Below are positions 32,965 through 45,300 of a stretch of 64,000 nucleotides of DNA, piece after piece. Within the stretch, counting starts at the first letter, position 1. Every line of letters begins with the position of its first letter. A program made the position numbers and the translations under genes. The DNA comes from Cycas panzhihuaensis. Its lineage: Eukaryota; Plantae; Cycadophyta. The stretch covers positions 172,677,741 to 172,741,740 of the forward strand of contig CM041465.1 of NCBI GenBank assembly GCA_023213395.1. Reading direction: 5' to 3'. The notes under the pieces were generated by a model that was not told the DNA's origin, searched no databases, and worked only from the letters and a program-made list of their open reading frames with translations.

Positions 32965-35309
32965 TGTTGCATTCTAGATAACCCCTCTCTTTAGGGGCCT
33001 ATTCTCTAACTTAAACCCCCAAAATAAGCACAGGAATGGGCTTATTGACTGACTTATAAGCCTGTCTTCTGGCAAACTTCATTCATGGTTCACTTCTAGT
33101 GAACTGTGCTAGTTTTGGTCAACTTTAAGCTAGATTATGATTGACCATTATATATAGGGATTAAAGCCCTTATTCTATCACATCATCTTAAGTTAGATCT
33201 CTTCTATGTATTTGACTTTACGCTATAGTTGGATTGGCCTTTTGGCTTGAGATATTTGGAGGATTCCCACCTCAAAAGGGTAGGCATTCAACAAGGACAT
33301 TCTATTATATACTTTTGTTCCTTCTAATATTATTGTTGATAATATATTTACCTTTTATTTGTACTATTTCCATTACTTTATTCTAGTGTTTAAGGTGTAT
33401 TTCCAATATTTATTTTTTAATAAGATCTGTATAAGCATATGTTAGATTAGTATCTATGAATTCCTGTGTTATTTCTGAAACAAGATAAAAGTTTCTACTA
33501 CAAGTGGTATTAGAGCTTCATTGAAGCTATCCTGTGGTAGAGTACTTTCTAATGATATAGTCAAATTTTTTTTCTAAAGGGGATCAAGTTAGTTTACTTA
33601 TGTTCACAATCGTGAGTTCTACAAGGGAGGAAGATGACATTTTGATGAGAAGAAAGTGAAATTTTTTTCCCACCCTCCCACTCATGGATCTTGAGAGGAG
33701 CCCAAATAAAGTTATACTCTAAGAAGATTATACAACAAAAGAAGATGTTGACTACTCAAGGCCAATCTACTCAGGAATAAACCACCTCAGATGAAGTGGA
33801 AAGGAGATCTTAACTTCTTTAGTGAATCTCATATCCCTCATGGATAAAATTAACCTCAAGATGAATAGACCACAAGGAAAACTAATATGGACCAAATAAG
33901 AAAAAGAAGACCTAGATCCCTAAGGTAAAATAGAATAAAGAAGATTTAAAATATGAGTGGAATATCACAGGAGAAATATCAACAATAATGATGGGGCAAC
34001 AATGGAAAAGATCACCCTGAAAAAGTTTGACCCCGATAAATTAAGAGATATAAGGGGATGGATTTTACAAATGGAAACCTATTTCTCAGTCTATGTAATA
34101 CCAGAAAATGAGTAAGTATTCATGGCATCATTACATTTATATAATTGATCTTTGAAATGGTATTCATGATGGTTTTGAACAAGTAGGAAGGTGGCACAAC
34201 ATGAAGTATAGGCTCATAGCCTAATATGAAGATTCATGGAGTACAAACTCTTTTATTGAGTTGACGAGATAATAACAAATAAGCTCACTCTAGGAGTTTA
34301 CCAAATACTTTTAAGTGTTATAATATCTGATTCTATTAATAGTGCTACTAGAACTCCTCCTAGAAATGTACATTAGCAGCTTGAAACCTCCAATAATATA
34401 TCACCTAAAAGTAATAGAGGTACTAACATTTGATTCAATAATCAAGATAACATGGTACATGGAAATAAAACTACAGGAGACTAGACTTACATTCACATAC
34501 AAGACAAAAAAATTGTAGGAATTTAACCTAAATGAGAATAGACTAAGAACCAAAGCTAAGGATTCATTAGCAATTATAAATAATCAAGAGATAATAATGA
34601 AAGAAGAACATATGAAGAAAGGAACTTGTTTCACATGTGGTTCAAAGTGGAACCATGAACATCAATACACCAGGAAGAAGGTATATGTAATCAATACCAA
34701 AGATATAACAATATCGAAGTAAGAACAAGCACCTGAAGAAATTCACAAAGAAGTTAAAGAAAAGCCAGAAGAAGATGAAGTAGATGAACTATTAGAGTTA
34801 GATACAGAAAATGTACACATATTACTACAAGAAATTATAAGACAAAGTGTCACCCCGCAAACACTCCAGTTCTAAGGGATGATTAAAGGGGTGCTTGCTG
34901 CAATTTTAGTCAATAGGGGTAATACACATAACTTTATAAATATGGAAACTACATAAAAGCTTGGACTTAAAATAAAACTAATAAACACATTTCGAGTATC
35001 AATTACCAATGGGAAAATAACACCATGTGAAGGTTTTTGTAGAAAAGTTAATTTACAAATGGATGAATATTCCATAAGCACATGCATGTTTACAATGCAA
35101 ATAAGTGGTGTGGATGCAATATTAGGAATTCAGTGGCTTCAAATACTATGGAATGTAGTCACTAATTATATGACCAGATTTATGTACTTTCTCTAAGGAG
35201 GACATAGATACAGATTGTGGGTACCACCAATGGTACTAGTACAATAGGTTTCGTCACATTAAATAGAGAAACTTATAAGAAAAAACCCATTAACATACAT
35301 TATGACATG

Positions 35310-35356
<47 letters not shown>

Positions 35357-38300
35357 ATTAGGAGTACCAAATAGTATAAGATGAATTGAAAGGACTACCA
35401 CCTCTTCGACAAAATTAGCATGTAATCAAATTTATAGTAGGTGTGACACCTGTCAACATTCAACCCTGTATGCATCTATATCATCTACAAAAATAAATCA
35501 AGAAAATTACAAGGGAACTACTATCCCAAGGAAGTATTATTACTACCAACACAAGCCTATTTGTATCCTTAATTGTTATTATTCCAAAGAAGGATGGCTC
35601 ATATAGAATGTATGTGGACTACCGAGGTATCAATCAATTAATAGTCAAGAATAGGTACCTAATCCTATGTATTGATGATTTATTGGATGAAATCCATTGA
35701 GCAAAGTACTTCTCAAAATTTGAATTATGCTAAGGATATCATCAAATCTGGATAAAGAAAGAAGATGTGTACAAGACATCGGTCAGCATATGTAAAGGCC
35801 TATTCAAATTTAGGGTAATGCCATTTAGATTAACAAATGCTTTGATAATATTTCAGAGCACTATAAATGATACCTTCAGGCAAGTGTTATAGAAATTTGT
35901 GTTAATTTTCTTTGATTATATCTTAATCCATAGTAAAACATGGGAGGAACATCTAGAACACCTGGGAATCATTTTCAAAATTCTATGTGATAATCAATTC
36001 TTTGCCAACAAGAAGAAATTGTCATTTACAAAAGAAGAATTAGAATACTTAGGCCATATCATAACTAGAGAAGGCATAAGGATTGAACCAAAGAAGAAAT
36101 AAGTAATTATCAATTGGCCAACCCTAACAAATGCTGCAATAGTTTGAGGGTTCTTAGGGGCAATAAGATTTTATTAGAAAATTCATAAAGGGCTATGCAC
36201 ACCTAACAACTCCATTCACAGGCTTAACCAAGAAGGATGCATTCACTTAGAACCTAAAAGTAGAAGAAGTATTTGGTAATCTCAAGAAAGCCATAGTAGC
36301 AACTATAGTTTTAATAACCCCCAAATTTTTAAAATCATTCATATTGGAGTGTGATGCATTAGGGTTTGGAATATGGGTAGTCTTACTCCAAGATGAATGA
36401 CCAATAGTTTATGAGATTCAGAAGTTGAATAACTAAGAAAAACTCGAAAACCAATTTATGATAAGGAGATGCTTACAATTAGGTACACCATCCAATAATA
36501 GTGACAATATCTATTGGGGAATTCATTTCAAGTGTGCACAGATCATGATAGTCTAAAATACTTTCTCAGATAGAAGACATTGTTTGATGAATAATAAAAA
36601 TAGGTCAATAAGTTATAGAATTTTAACTTTATAATAGCATATAAGAAAGGCAATGAAAATATTATAGTAAACACATTATCACAAATCCCAGATAAAACAA
36701 AGGAACATCCTTCATTATAGTTGATCTTGACAATTATACCCTCATGGTTAAAATCTCTTAGAATTGAATATATGACAGATCTAAGAAACTAAAAACTCTT
36801 AGATAACATCAAGGGAAGCAATTTAGATAGATACCAACAAAAGGATGATCTAATTCTTAAGAATGATAAAATTTGTATTTCCCAAAATTCCAAATTAAAA
36901 GGAATTATATTACAAGAAGCACATTTGGTCCTAGAGGTAGGCCATAATGGTATAGACTAGACATATCAAAAGATAAAAGCACTATACTTTTGGAAGGGCT
37001 TAAAATCATGTCCAAAAATTCGTGATAGAATGTGATACTTATCAATGAAACAAGGTAGGATGTATAAAGACTCTGAGTCTACTGTAATCCCTACCAATTC
37101 CTAACCAAAAGTAAGAAGGAATTTTAATGGATTTTGTCACAGGTCTCCTAAAATTAAAAGGTAAAGATGCTATCTTTGTTATGGTCTATAGATTAATAAA
37201 ATATAGTTATTTTTTAGGGCTATAGTTAACAACAAAGGCAAGTGAAATTGTAGAACTATATATAAAGGAAATCCATAGATTACACAGGTTTTCTAAAGCA
37301 ATTGTTAGTGATAGGGACCCAAAGTTCACTAGCAAATTTTAGAAGGACTTATTTAGAATTATAGGTATAAAATTACATATGAGCACAACTTATCATTCTC
37401 AAATGAATGCATAAATAGAGATAGTTAACAAATGTTTGGAAGGCTATTTGAGGAATTTCTTCTTAGATAATCAAAATTAGTGGCATAAGTGGTTACACTT
37501 AGTTGAGTGATGGTATAATATAACATACCACTCTTCCCCTAAGATGGCACCTTTTTAGGCTCTTTATGGATACCAATTGCCATCTCTATTGACATGGAAT
37601 AGATCATCCTAAGTTCAACCTATCCAAGAACACCAAAAGTAGTTGGAAGACATGATTAGAATTCTTAAGAATAATTTGGTGATGGTAAAGAACAAAATGA
37701 AGTAGTAAGCAGACGTGCAGTGATCTAAAAAGAGCTTTTATAAGGACAACTAGGTTTTCCTCTAGTTGTAACCATACAAATAAATATCATTGAGCAAGAC
37801 AAATATACAAAAGCTCATTCCTCAATATTTTAGACCATATTAAGTACTAGATAGAATCAAGGAAATAGCCTATAAACTTAAGATACTGATAATAAGCAAG
37901 ATCCATGACACTTTTTATATTTCATAACTAAAGAAAAAGATTGACGACAAGGTAGTACTATAAACATCCTTACTAAAACTTAATGAAGAAGGAGAGATTA
38001 CACTAAAACGAGAGGGGATATTCTAAACTCACACTAGGCAACTTTGAACAAGATAAATTAGAGAGTACCTCATAAATTAGTAGATGTTATATACGAAAGA
38101 TGCGACAAGAGAGTAAGACGAGTGGATATAATAGTTTCTAAAACTACCAATGCTTTAAGGGCAAAGCATGCTTTCAAGGGGGGGACTTGTTGCATTCTAG
38201 ATAACCCCTCTCTTTAAGGGCCTATCAGCTGACTTAGAGCCCCAAAAATAAGCATAGGAATGGGAGCATTGACTGACTTGTAAGCCTATTTTCTAGATGA

Positions 38301-38714
38301 CTTCATTTATAGTTCACTTCAAGTGAATTGTCTTAGTTCTAGTTGACTTCAAGGTAGATAATAATTGACCATTATATATAGGGATCAAACCCCACATTCT
38401 ATCATATTATTTTCAATTAGATCTCTTTCATATTTTTGGCTCTAGGGTTATAGTTGGCTCAGCCTTTTGGCTTGAGATATTTAGAGGATTCCCAACTCAA
38501 AGGGGCAAGTGTTCAGTAAGGATATTCTATTATATATTTTTGTTCCTTCCAATATTAATTTTAACAATATATTTATACTATTTCTATTACTTTATTCTGG
38601 TGTTTAAGGTGTATTTCCAATATTCATCTTTTGATAAGATCTGTATGAGCATATGTTAGATTGGTATATATAAATTCATATTATTTCTAAAATAAGATAA
38701 AAGTTTCCGCTACA
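32965..38714 (+). mobile_element. Ty3/gypsy chromovirus (Reina-like), structurally complete but decayed
   Basis: LTRs 32965-33502 and 38188-38714; PBS TGGTATTAGAGC 33505-33516; PPT AAGGGGGGGAC; perfect TSD CTTAT; gag with CFTCG..W..EH, protease, RT (RMYVDYR, FFDYILI), RNase H, integrase, chromodomain. Confidence 0.95.
35313..35354. repeat. (AT)n microsatellite inside chromovirus pol, between protease and RT
   Basis: Directly visible pure AT run. Confidence 0.95.
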
Positions 38715-40297
38715 CTTATATTATCAACAGTTAGTGACATGAGGAGAAATTATAACCAAGAGCCAAAAATTCCAAAAAATGATCGTGTGTTTTTTTTAAT
38801 AAGGCACTATCACTATTTGGGGCATAACTCTTCTGTTTGGAGGTAGAATCTAGTGTCCTTGATTGTGTTAGGAAGAGGATTTAAAGATGAATACAATGAC
38901 TAGTCAGTTAACATATTAGAACCCACATCATGGAGAACCATTGAGTTAAAACTAATAAAATATTTAATAAGAGGGTTTCTTTTTAGTGTTTATGAAGTCA
39001 TATCCTATGTTGTTAGTATTTATATGGTTGTTATGTGTGTTTTAAGTAAATAAGTAGGTTGTCTAAAATCTTAAAGAGGTCAAAGTTTGAGACTTTGAGT
39101 ATAATTATTTGTTGATTAATAGATGGTTGGTAAACCTTGTAATCCCAGGATTAGATGGCTATATATTGAGAGCAAGCTAGGAGAACACTACTCATAAAGA
39201 ATGAATCCATTTGGTAAAGGCTTCAAGAAGAAAAAGTTACTATTAAATCCTATTTAGTAAGAGGTTGGATCCACTTACTACTCTTTCTTTTAACTTATTT
39301 AATTATCTAAGTAGTTTGATATGTTCCCAGAATAGTTGGTTTAGTGTTGATAAAACTATATACTTGAAAGAGTTTCCTAGAGAACTAATGGTTGTAGTGA
39401 CTAGCTATCCATGTAGTTTAGTAGATGAAGCTTTTTTTATACAAACATTAGTAAGAATTAGTTGGTGTGTAGATTTTAGTTAAATAGCTTGTATAAGGTT
39501 AAGATGCATGTTGGAGAAGGTAGATGGTACCTATCTTATTTGGAGAAGATAGATCGTCCCTACCTTGATGAAAGAGTATTAATGGTGTGTTAATGTGACA
39601 TATGAGTTATGTAATTAAACATTATTGGGAGGTAGGGAGATGTTAGAGATAATATTTAATGAGTTAATGTTAATATTGGGGAGTCACCCTTAACTCTTTC
39701 ATAGGATTATTAAATCAGGATATTAAGTTATATGCAAGGTTGTACATACCTATTCATGTAATTATTCCATTGGTGGACATAGAGGTTCTTACATGTGATT
39801 GGACAAGTATGAGGTGACTATGTACTATAAGTATATATTCATACCTAATGCAATAATTAGAGATGATCATTTCCCATAAGATTTATTGTCTTATATGTTT
39901 ATACATACTTCATTCTTAGTTTGTTCATTTATTATTTACATATATTATCACCTCATAGATATGTATTTTATTGTATGTTTATATATCTAATAGATCTACT
40001 CTACCATATTTTCAACAATATTGAGCCTACACTATTATTTTTCCTAAAGAGTTCTCTTTATTTGACCTTATGTAAACTAGAAAATAAAAATATAAAACTA
40101 AGCAATATGCCCTTTTAAAGAATTCTTCAAATATGATATATATATTTACATTTGCTATCCTACTCTAAATTTTCCTTTGAATTATTTTAGACTTGTATAA
40201 CATCAACCACTCTACCTTTAAAATCAATGCTACTAAACACCTATATCCTTTTGATTTTTTTCCTTTTCTCTATCTCTCTCTCTCTTCTTATTTTTAT

Positions 40298-40309
40298 GCT
40301 CTGATACTA
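40298..40309 (-). promoter_or_regulatory. Isolated tRNA-iMet PBS of an unresolved minus-strand element
   Basis: rc TAGTATCAGAGC; flanking LTR not delimited. Confidence 0.45.
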
Positions 40310-42329
40310 TTCTTTTAATGCTTACATGCACTTAAATAAAAGGAATATATTGTTTTATTTCTTGGAATACACCACTCCCCAAATAGTAGATTAACACCTT
40401 ATAAATATGTGTGTGTGTTTGTGTATGTGTGTATTGTAAAATATATAAATCACTCCTTAGAGGCTCCAAGAGGCCAAACGAGAGGATAATTATAGCCTAA
40501 AAAAACTTCATTGACCTTCCCTATTAATTGTTTTAATGTGTCATAAGTAAATTTCTTTTTTATTTGAAATCCTTAAGGGTTTGTATATAATCCAACTTTT
40601 CAAAGTAAATAGAGATATATTAACCTTCAAACCCTTCTAATTTTAAACTAGTTGCTCAACTCCACCTATAATTAAGTATTTTTTTCTCTTTGCATGATAA
40701 GGAGCTATTTTTAACATCTGGATAGTTAAACAATGTCTGCTTCAACTGTTATATACAACTCCTTTGCAATTTACCCATTGGTTTATAGAAGGTTTACTAT
40801 GTAATAATTAAAAATGCTCTTTTTCTAACTTTAAAAACCATATTTGTGACCTTTATACAACACTTGTATGTAATACTATTATAGTACCATGTGTATAAAA
40901 ATATAGGTCACTAAATATATCATTTCAATATATAAAATTTACCCTTTTTGCTATAAAACTTCTTTAGTTTATAACTTCAAGTATACTACAAAAACTTTCA
41001 AAATATAAATAATAAATCTACTAAAAAATATATTTGTAATGCTTCAAAATAACCATAAATATTGGATGTGATATCCAATTACACTTTATATTATCTCTAA
41101 TCCATTTTATACTCTTTTATTACTTTATGAGTAATATATTATAGTCACCTTAACTGTGTGCTACTTGGAGAGTGTGCTAGTGTATAAAGATTGACCTAAA
41201 GTGTTTTCCACTTAAGGTTAGAGATTCTATAAATATATACTTGATTCTTTTGATAATATAAAGTTTGGATATTCTTCCACCTATTTATTATTCATATATT
41301 TGTACATGTTTTATTATTATATTTCTCACTCATTTCTTAGTTATTGTTGGGTCTATTTACATAGTTTATTATTTTTGCATGCTATCCCTAACATATTAGT
41401 ATTAGAGATTCATCTCCAAATTTAATATTGTGGCACTAGAGCCCCTAGTTGAATCTTTAGGCATAGTTTTAAAACCTATATTATTAGTTTTTTAGAGCCA
41501 TTTGTATCACATATTTTATGCTTCTTATTAGAACCCTTAGTGCCTTTTTGGTGACCTAATTATGTCCTATTTTTGATGAGTTTTTAGGCTCACATTCAAG
41601 TTATTTGAGGGCTATTTTCAAGTGTTAGAAATACATTTTAAGGGACTAATTTATTGCTATTTTCTAAAGCCTTTTTGTATCCATTTTACTACTATTTTTT
41701 ACTAGTTAAGGGGTTATTTTTAAAGCTAAAAATAAATAATATATGATAGGTAAAATAGATTTTAGATGTTGAGTAGATGTTTTTGTGATTTAGTTTTTGG
41801 TGCATATGGGCCCAAAATTATGTAGCATATAGGTTCTTATTGAAGGTCATGGAAATGCCATTCTAAAATTATTCTTTAATGGAAAAAAAATAGAGTATAT
41901 CAACCATAAATATAGGCCTAATCACCTTGTAAATGTAATAAATCTTTTGCCATAAAAAGAATGTAGAGAAACGTACTTCTCAATAGTTGTTTGGAGCCAT
42001 ATATTTTGCCAAGAATATGCTTTGTAGTAATTTTTTCAAAGAAAGAAAGCTTTATATTATTTATGCCAAAAAGGATAAAAAATATATTTTTCCTTATTAT
42101 TGAAAGGCTTATGAAGATTTTTTTATGGATGTATCCACTGAAATGTGAAATGTGCTTTCTAAGAGAAGGAAAAATGTAAATGCATCTGTGAATATGTATT
42201 ATTATCTATTGCAACTAATCTATACATATTACAGACAGAGAGCATATTTTATAATCAACATATAATTAAAAAAAGGAAAAAAAAAGCATGGAAGGCATAT
42301 GATAGAGTAGAAGCTATGCTACTTATAAT

Positions 42330-45300
42330 TGTTAAAAATACTACCCACTTAATACAAATGTTATGCACAAATCTTTTATTATTTTGGTCTAACGGATGTT
42401 TATTTTTAGGTCTTACAGATCTATATATATCTGAAGATCATATTGTACTCTTCATGCTTTTGGGTCAAATGTAATCAAAGTTCTGAGGTGGGTTTTCCCA
42501 CTAGAAATTTATGTGTATTTGTTTATGTGATTGGCATGTGCATTTGATCTAATTTTGCTCTCGTTTTTTAACATGGTATCAGAGCTGGTGGTTGTACGCT
42601 GCTACTAGGTGAGCCGTATGGTGTCCTAATCTGATTTCTAGATGTTTAGAAGAAGTTTGGTGCCGTGTAGAGTTGGTGCAACTTGTTTGATGTTTGAGAA
42701 GAGTTTGAAAGTGAATCACCTCTAAAGATGCTTCATACACCCTATTTTGGTCTCATCTAAAGGTACTTTACAGTCTTTTCTTCCCTTTCTCTTGCTCGAT
42801 TATCCTTTTGGTGTTGTATGTTTACTCCTTTGCATGCTGATGTTTATCTTCTTATTCGTATAACTTTGTAAAACTTATAAAACCCTAAAACTATTATAGA
42901 TCATCAATATGTTGTTTTGACGGTCACCTTATCCTCAAATCTTATATTTGGCCAATCAAAATTATGGTATTTTAGCTGTAATACTCTGCCACCTTTTATT
43001 ACTTTGCTCACTTAGCTGTGTATACTGCATCAACCTTTGCATCCTTATGTGTATGTGGTGTATTTCCATCGTCTTTGCAATATAGCTCTCACGTATATAC
43101 TTACTATGTATTTCCTCGCGCACTTGTCTTGTGCTTCATTGAGTATACACTCAGGCGTTTGACTGTTCTCCTACGTACTTTAGTAGCATTCATTTACTAG
43201 ATATTCTCTACGAATACTCCAATGTGTTTTTGGTTTTTTTTTATACAGTACTCTGTCCCTTTGTATATAGTGTGTTTGGTTAACTGTCTACATTCTTATA
43301 CATCTGCATTTTACGTATACACATTTGTTTATACACCTACATTTTGCATATACACTCTTATTTATGCATCTGCGTTTTACATATATACGTCTATGTATGC
43401 ACTTATATTCATGTCTATCTATCTGCATTCGTGTCTGTGTATTATCTGTGTATACTTTATGTGTATTGGTACTTGCATTTGGCGTCTATACAGTGTATAT
43501 TATTTGTATATATACCAGCGTTCACATCTGTATATCTTGCATATATTTTTGCATATTTACTCACTGCATATACTCTTAACATAGTTGTCATTTTCGCTAA
43601 CTATTCGTTGCATATACTCTCATGCTTCTGATGTCTCTGTTATCTGCGTATACTCCTTGTATTTGGTCTTTAAACAACACTCGATTCACTTGCATATATA
43701 GTGTGTTTACACTATCTCTTTATCATCATCCTTTTTCATGTATATACAATTTGTATTTGTTGTTTTATAGCCTACGTAGTGCGTTCTTATGCCGTATCAT
43801 ATATACAGTGTAAAATTGCCTTTATGTTTCTATATCATTGAGTCTTCCACATGTCAGTTTGTATATACATAGCATCTCTGTGTATATACACTCTTGTACT
43901 CCATGCTTTAGCCTTCAAATTCTTTGATACATCCTTGGGAAAGTCACATTTACAGTGCTATATGGTGTTGACATTAGTGCATTGATTGGTGGTTCATAAT
44001 TATGACAGTTATTTGCTGAGATACTTTCTTGGTGATTACTATAGTTATCTATTTAGTTACTATCTTAGCGGTTACATATATGGAAAGTAACTCTCATTAA
44101 TAAGGATTAATATTTGATTGAGTTAAGTGAAGAATACTTTCGGTAGTATTTTTGGTATGTGAGTTTACATTTGGGTGATTAGAAAAACAACTAATGATTG
44201 TATTGATTTAAGATTATTTTACAATTAGACTTGGGAGTTTTGGTTTATATGTTTTAGATTCTAAAGTGCCTGGCTTAAGTCAAGCTTGAGTTGTGATTTT
44301 AAATCTGCTATTCAAGAAAGGTATTTGAGTTTTAGTTGGATTTATGAGTCATTTTGCCATTTAATTTGATCATGGAGAAGCTTGCACCATTAGTTATGTT
44401 CAATGGAAATAATTTTAGTAACTGGAAATCACACATGGAGCTTGTTTTAATGGTAAATCAGCTATGGGGAATCAATAAGTCACCTTTGTTAAGCTTGCCT
44501 TTGGATGAAAAAGATCATGTACGTGTTGAAGAGAGACATTTTATGGCTGTTGGGTTACTTAAGCTATCATTGGCTTCTAATAAAAAAGCTTTAGTGCACA
44601 ATCTTGAAACTCCGTATGAAATTTAGACCAAACTGTGTGAGACTTTTGAGAAAAAGAAGACAAATCATTGGGTTGCCCTCATGATAGAATTATTGAGTGC
44701 AATGGTAGAAGACGAAAACAACATTAGTGCCTTCTTAAACAAGATTACTGATTTGAGAAATAAGTTGGATGAATTCAAAACAAACTCAATAGATGATGCC
44801 TTACTATTTGCCATTATTATTTCAAAATTACCAGCTACATTTGACCTTTTAGACAATTTATAGGAGTGATGAAGCCATGGAAGGTGAATCTTTTGATTCA
44901 TTGAAAATTTTGATCTTAGCTGAAGATTCTAAATTGAAGCATCATGGGATGCTTGGTGGATCGGTTTCAAATCAAGCCTTGATAATAAAGACATAGAAGA
45001 AGGATATATTCCATGAAAACAAGTCTACATAGAAGATTGGTGAGACCTCCCATGAAAAGGAGAAGTTAGTGGGAAGGTGCAATTACTACAAGAAAGATGG
45101 TCACAGGGAAAGAAACTGTTGGATCAAGAAATATGACAAGTGCAAGGTAAGCTGAGATGACAAGGGGAAAAGTGTTGCAGCACGTTGTATTCGAGCGTCA
45201 ACAATGTCATCTGAAAAGAAAGATTATTGGATCCTAGGCTCAGGTGCTCAAGAATATATCACCTATCAGAAGCATATTTTTGATGCCTTAGATACAAGTT

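Larger units (their letters stand above)
31370..40017 (+). mobile_element. Non-autonomous LTR element (TRIM/LARD-like, ~2.9 kb without insert)
   Basis: LTRs 31370-31746 and 39641-40017; PBS TGGTATCAGAG 31747-31757; PPT GGGAGGTAGGGAGA 39627-39640; TSD ATATC/ATATT; no gag/pol motifs seen. Confidence 0.9.

Noticed and set aside
43018-43813. Overlapping Y/I/C-rich ORFs
   Set aside because: Produced by the low-complexity leader block; no domain motif
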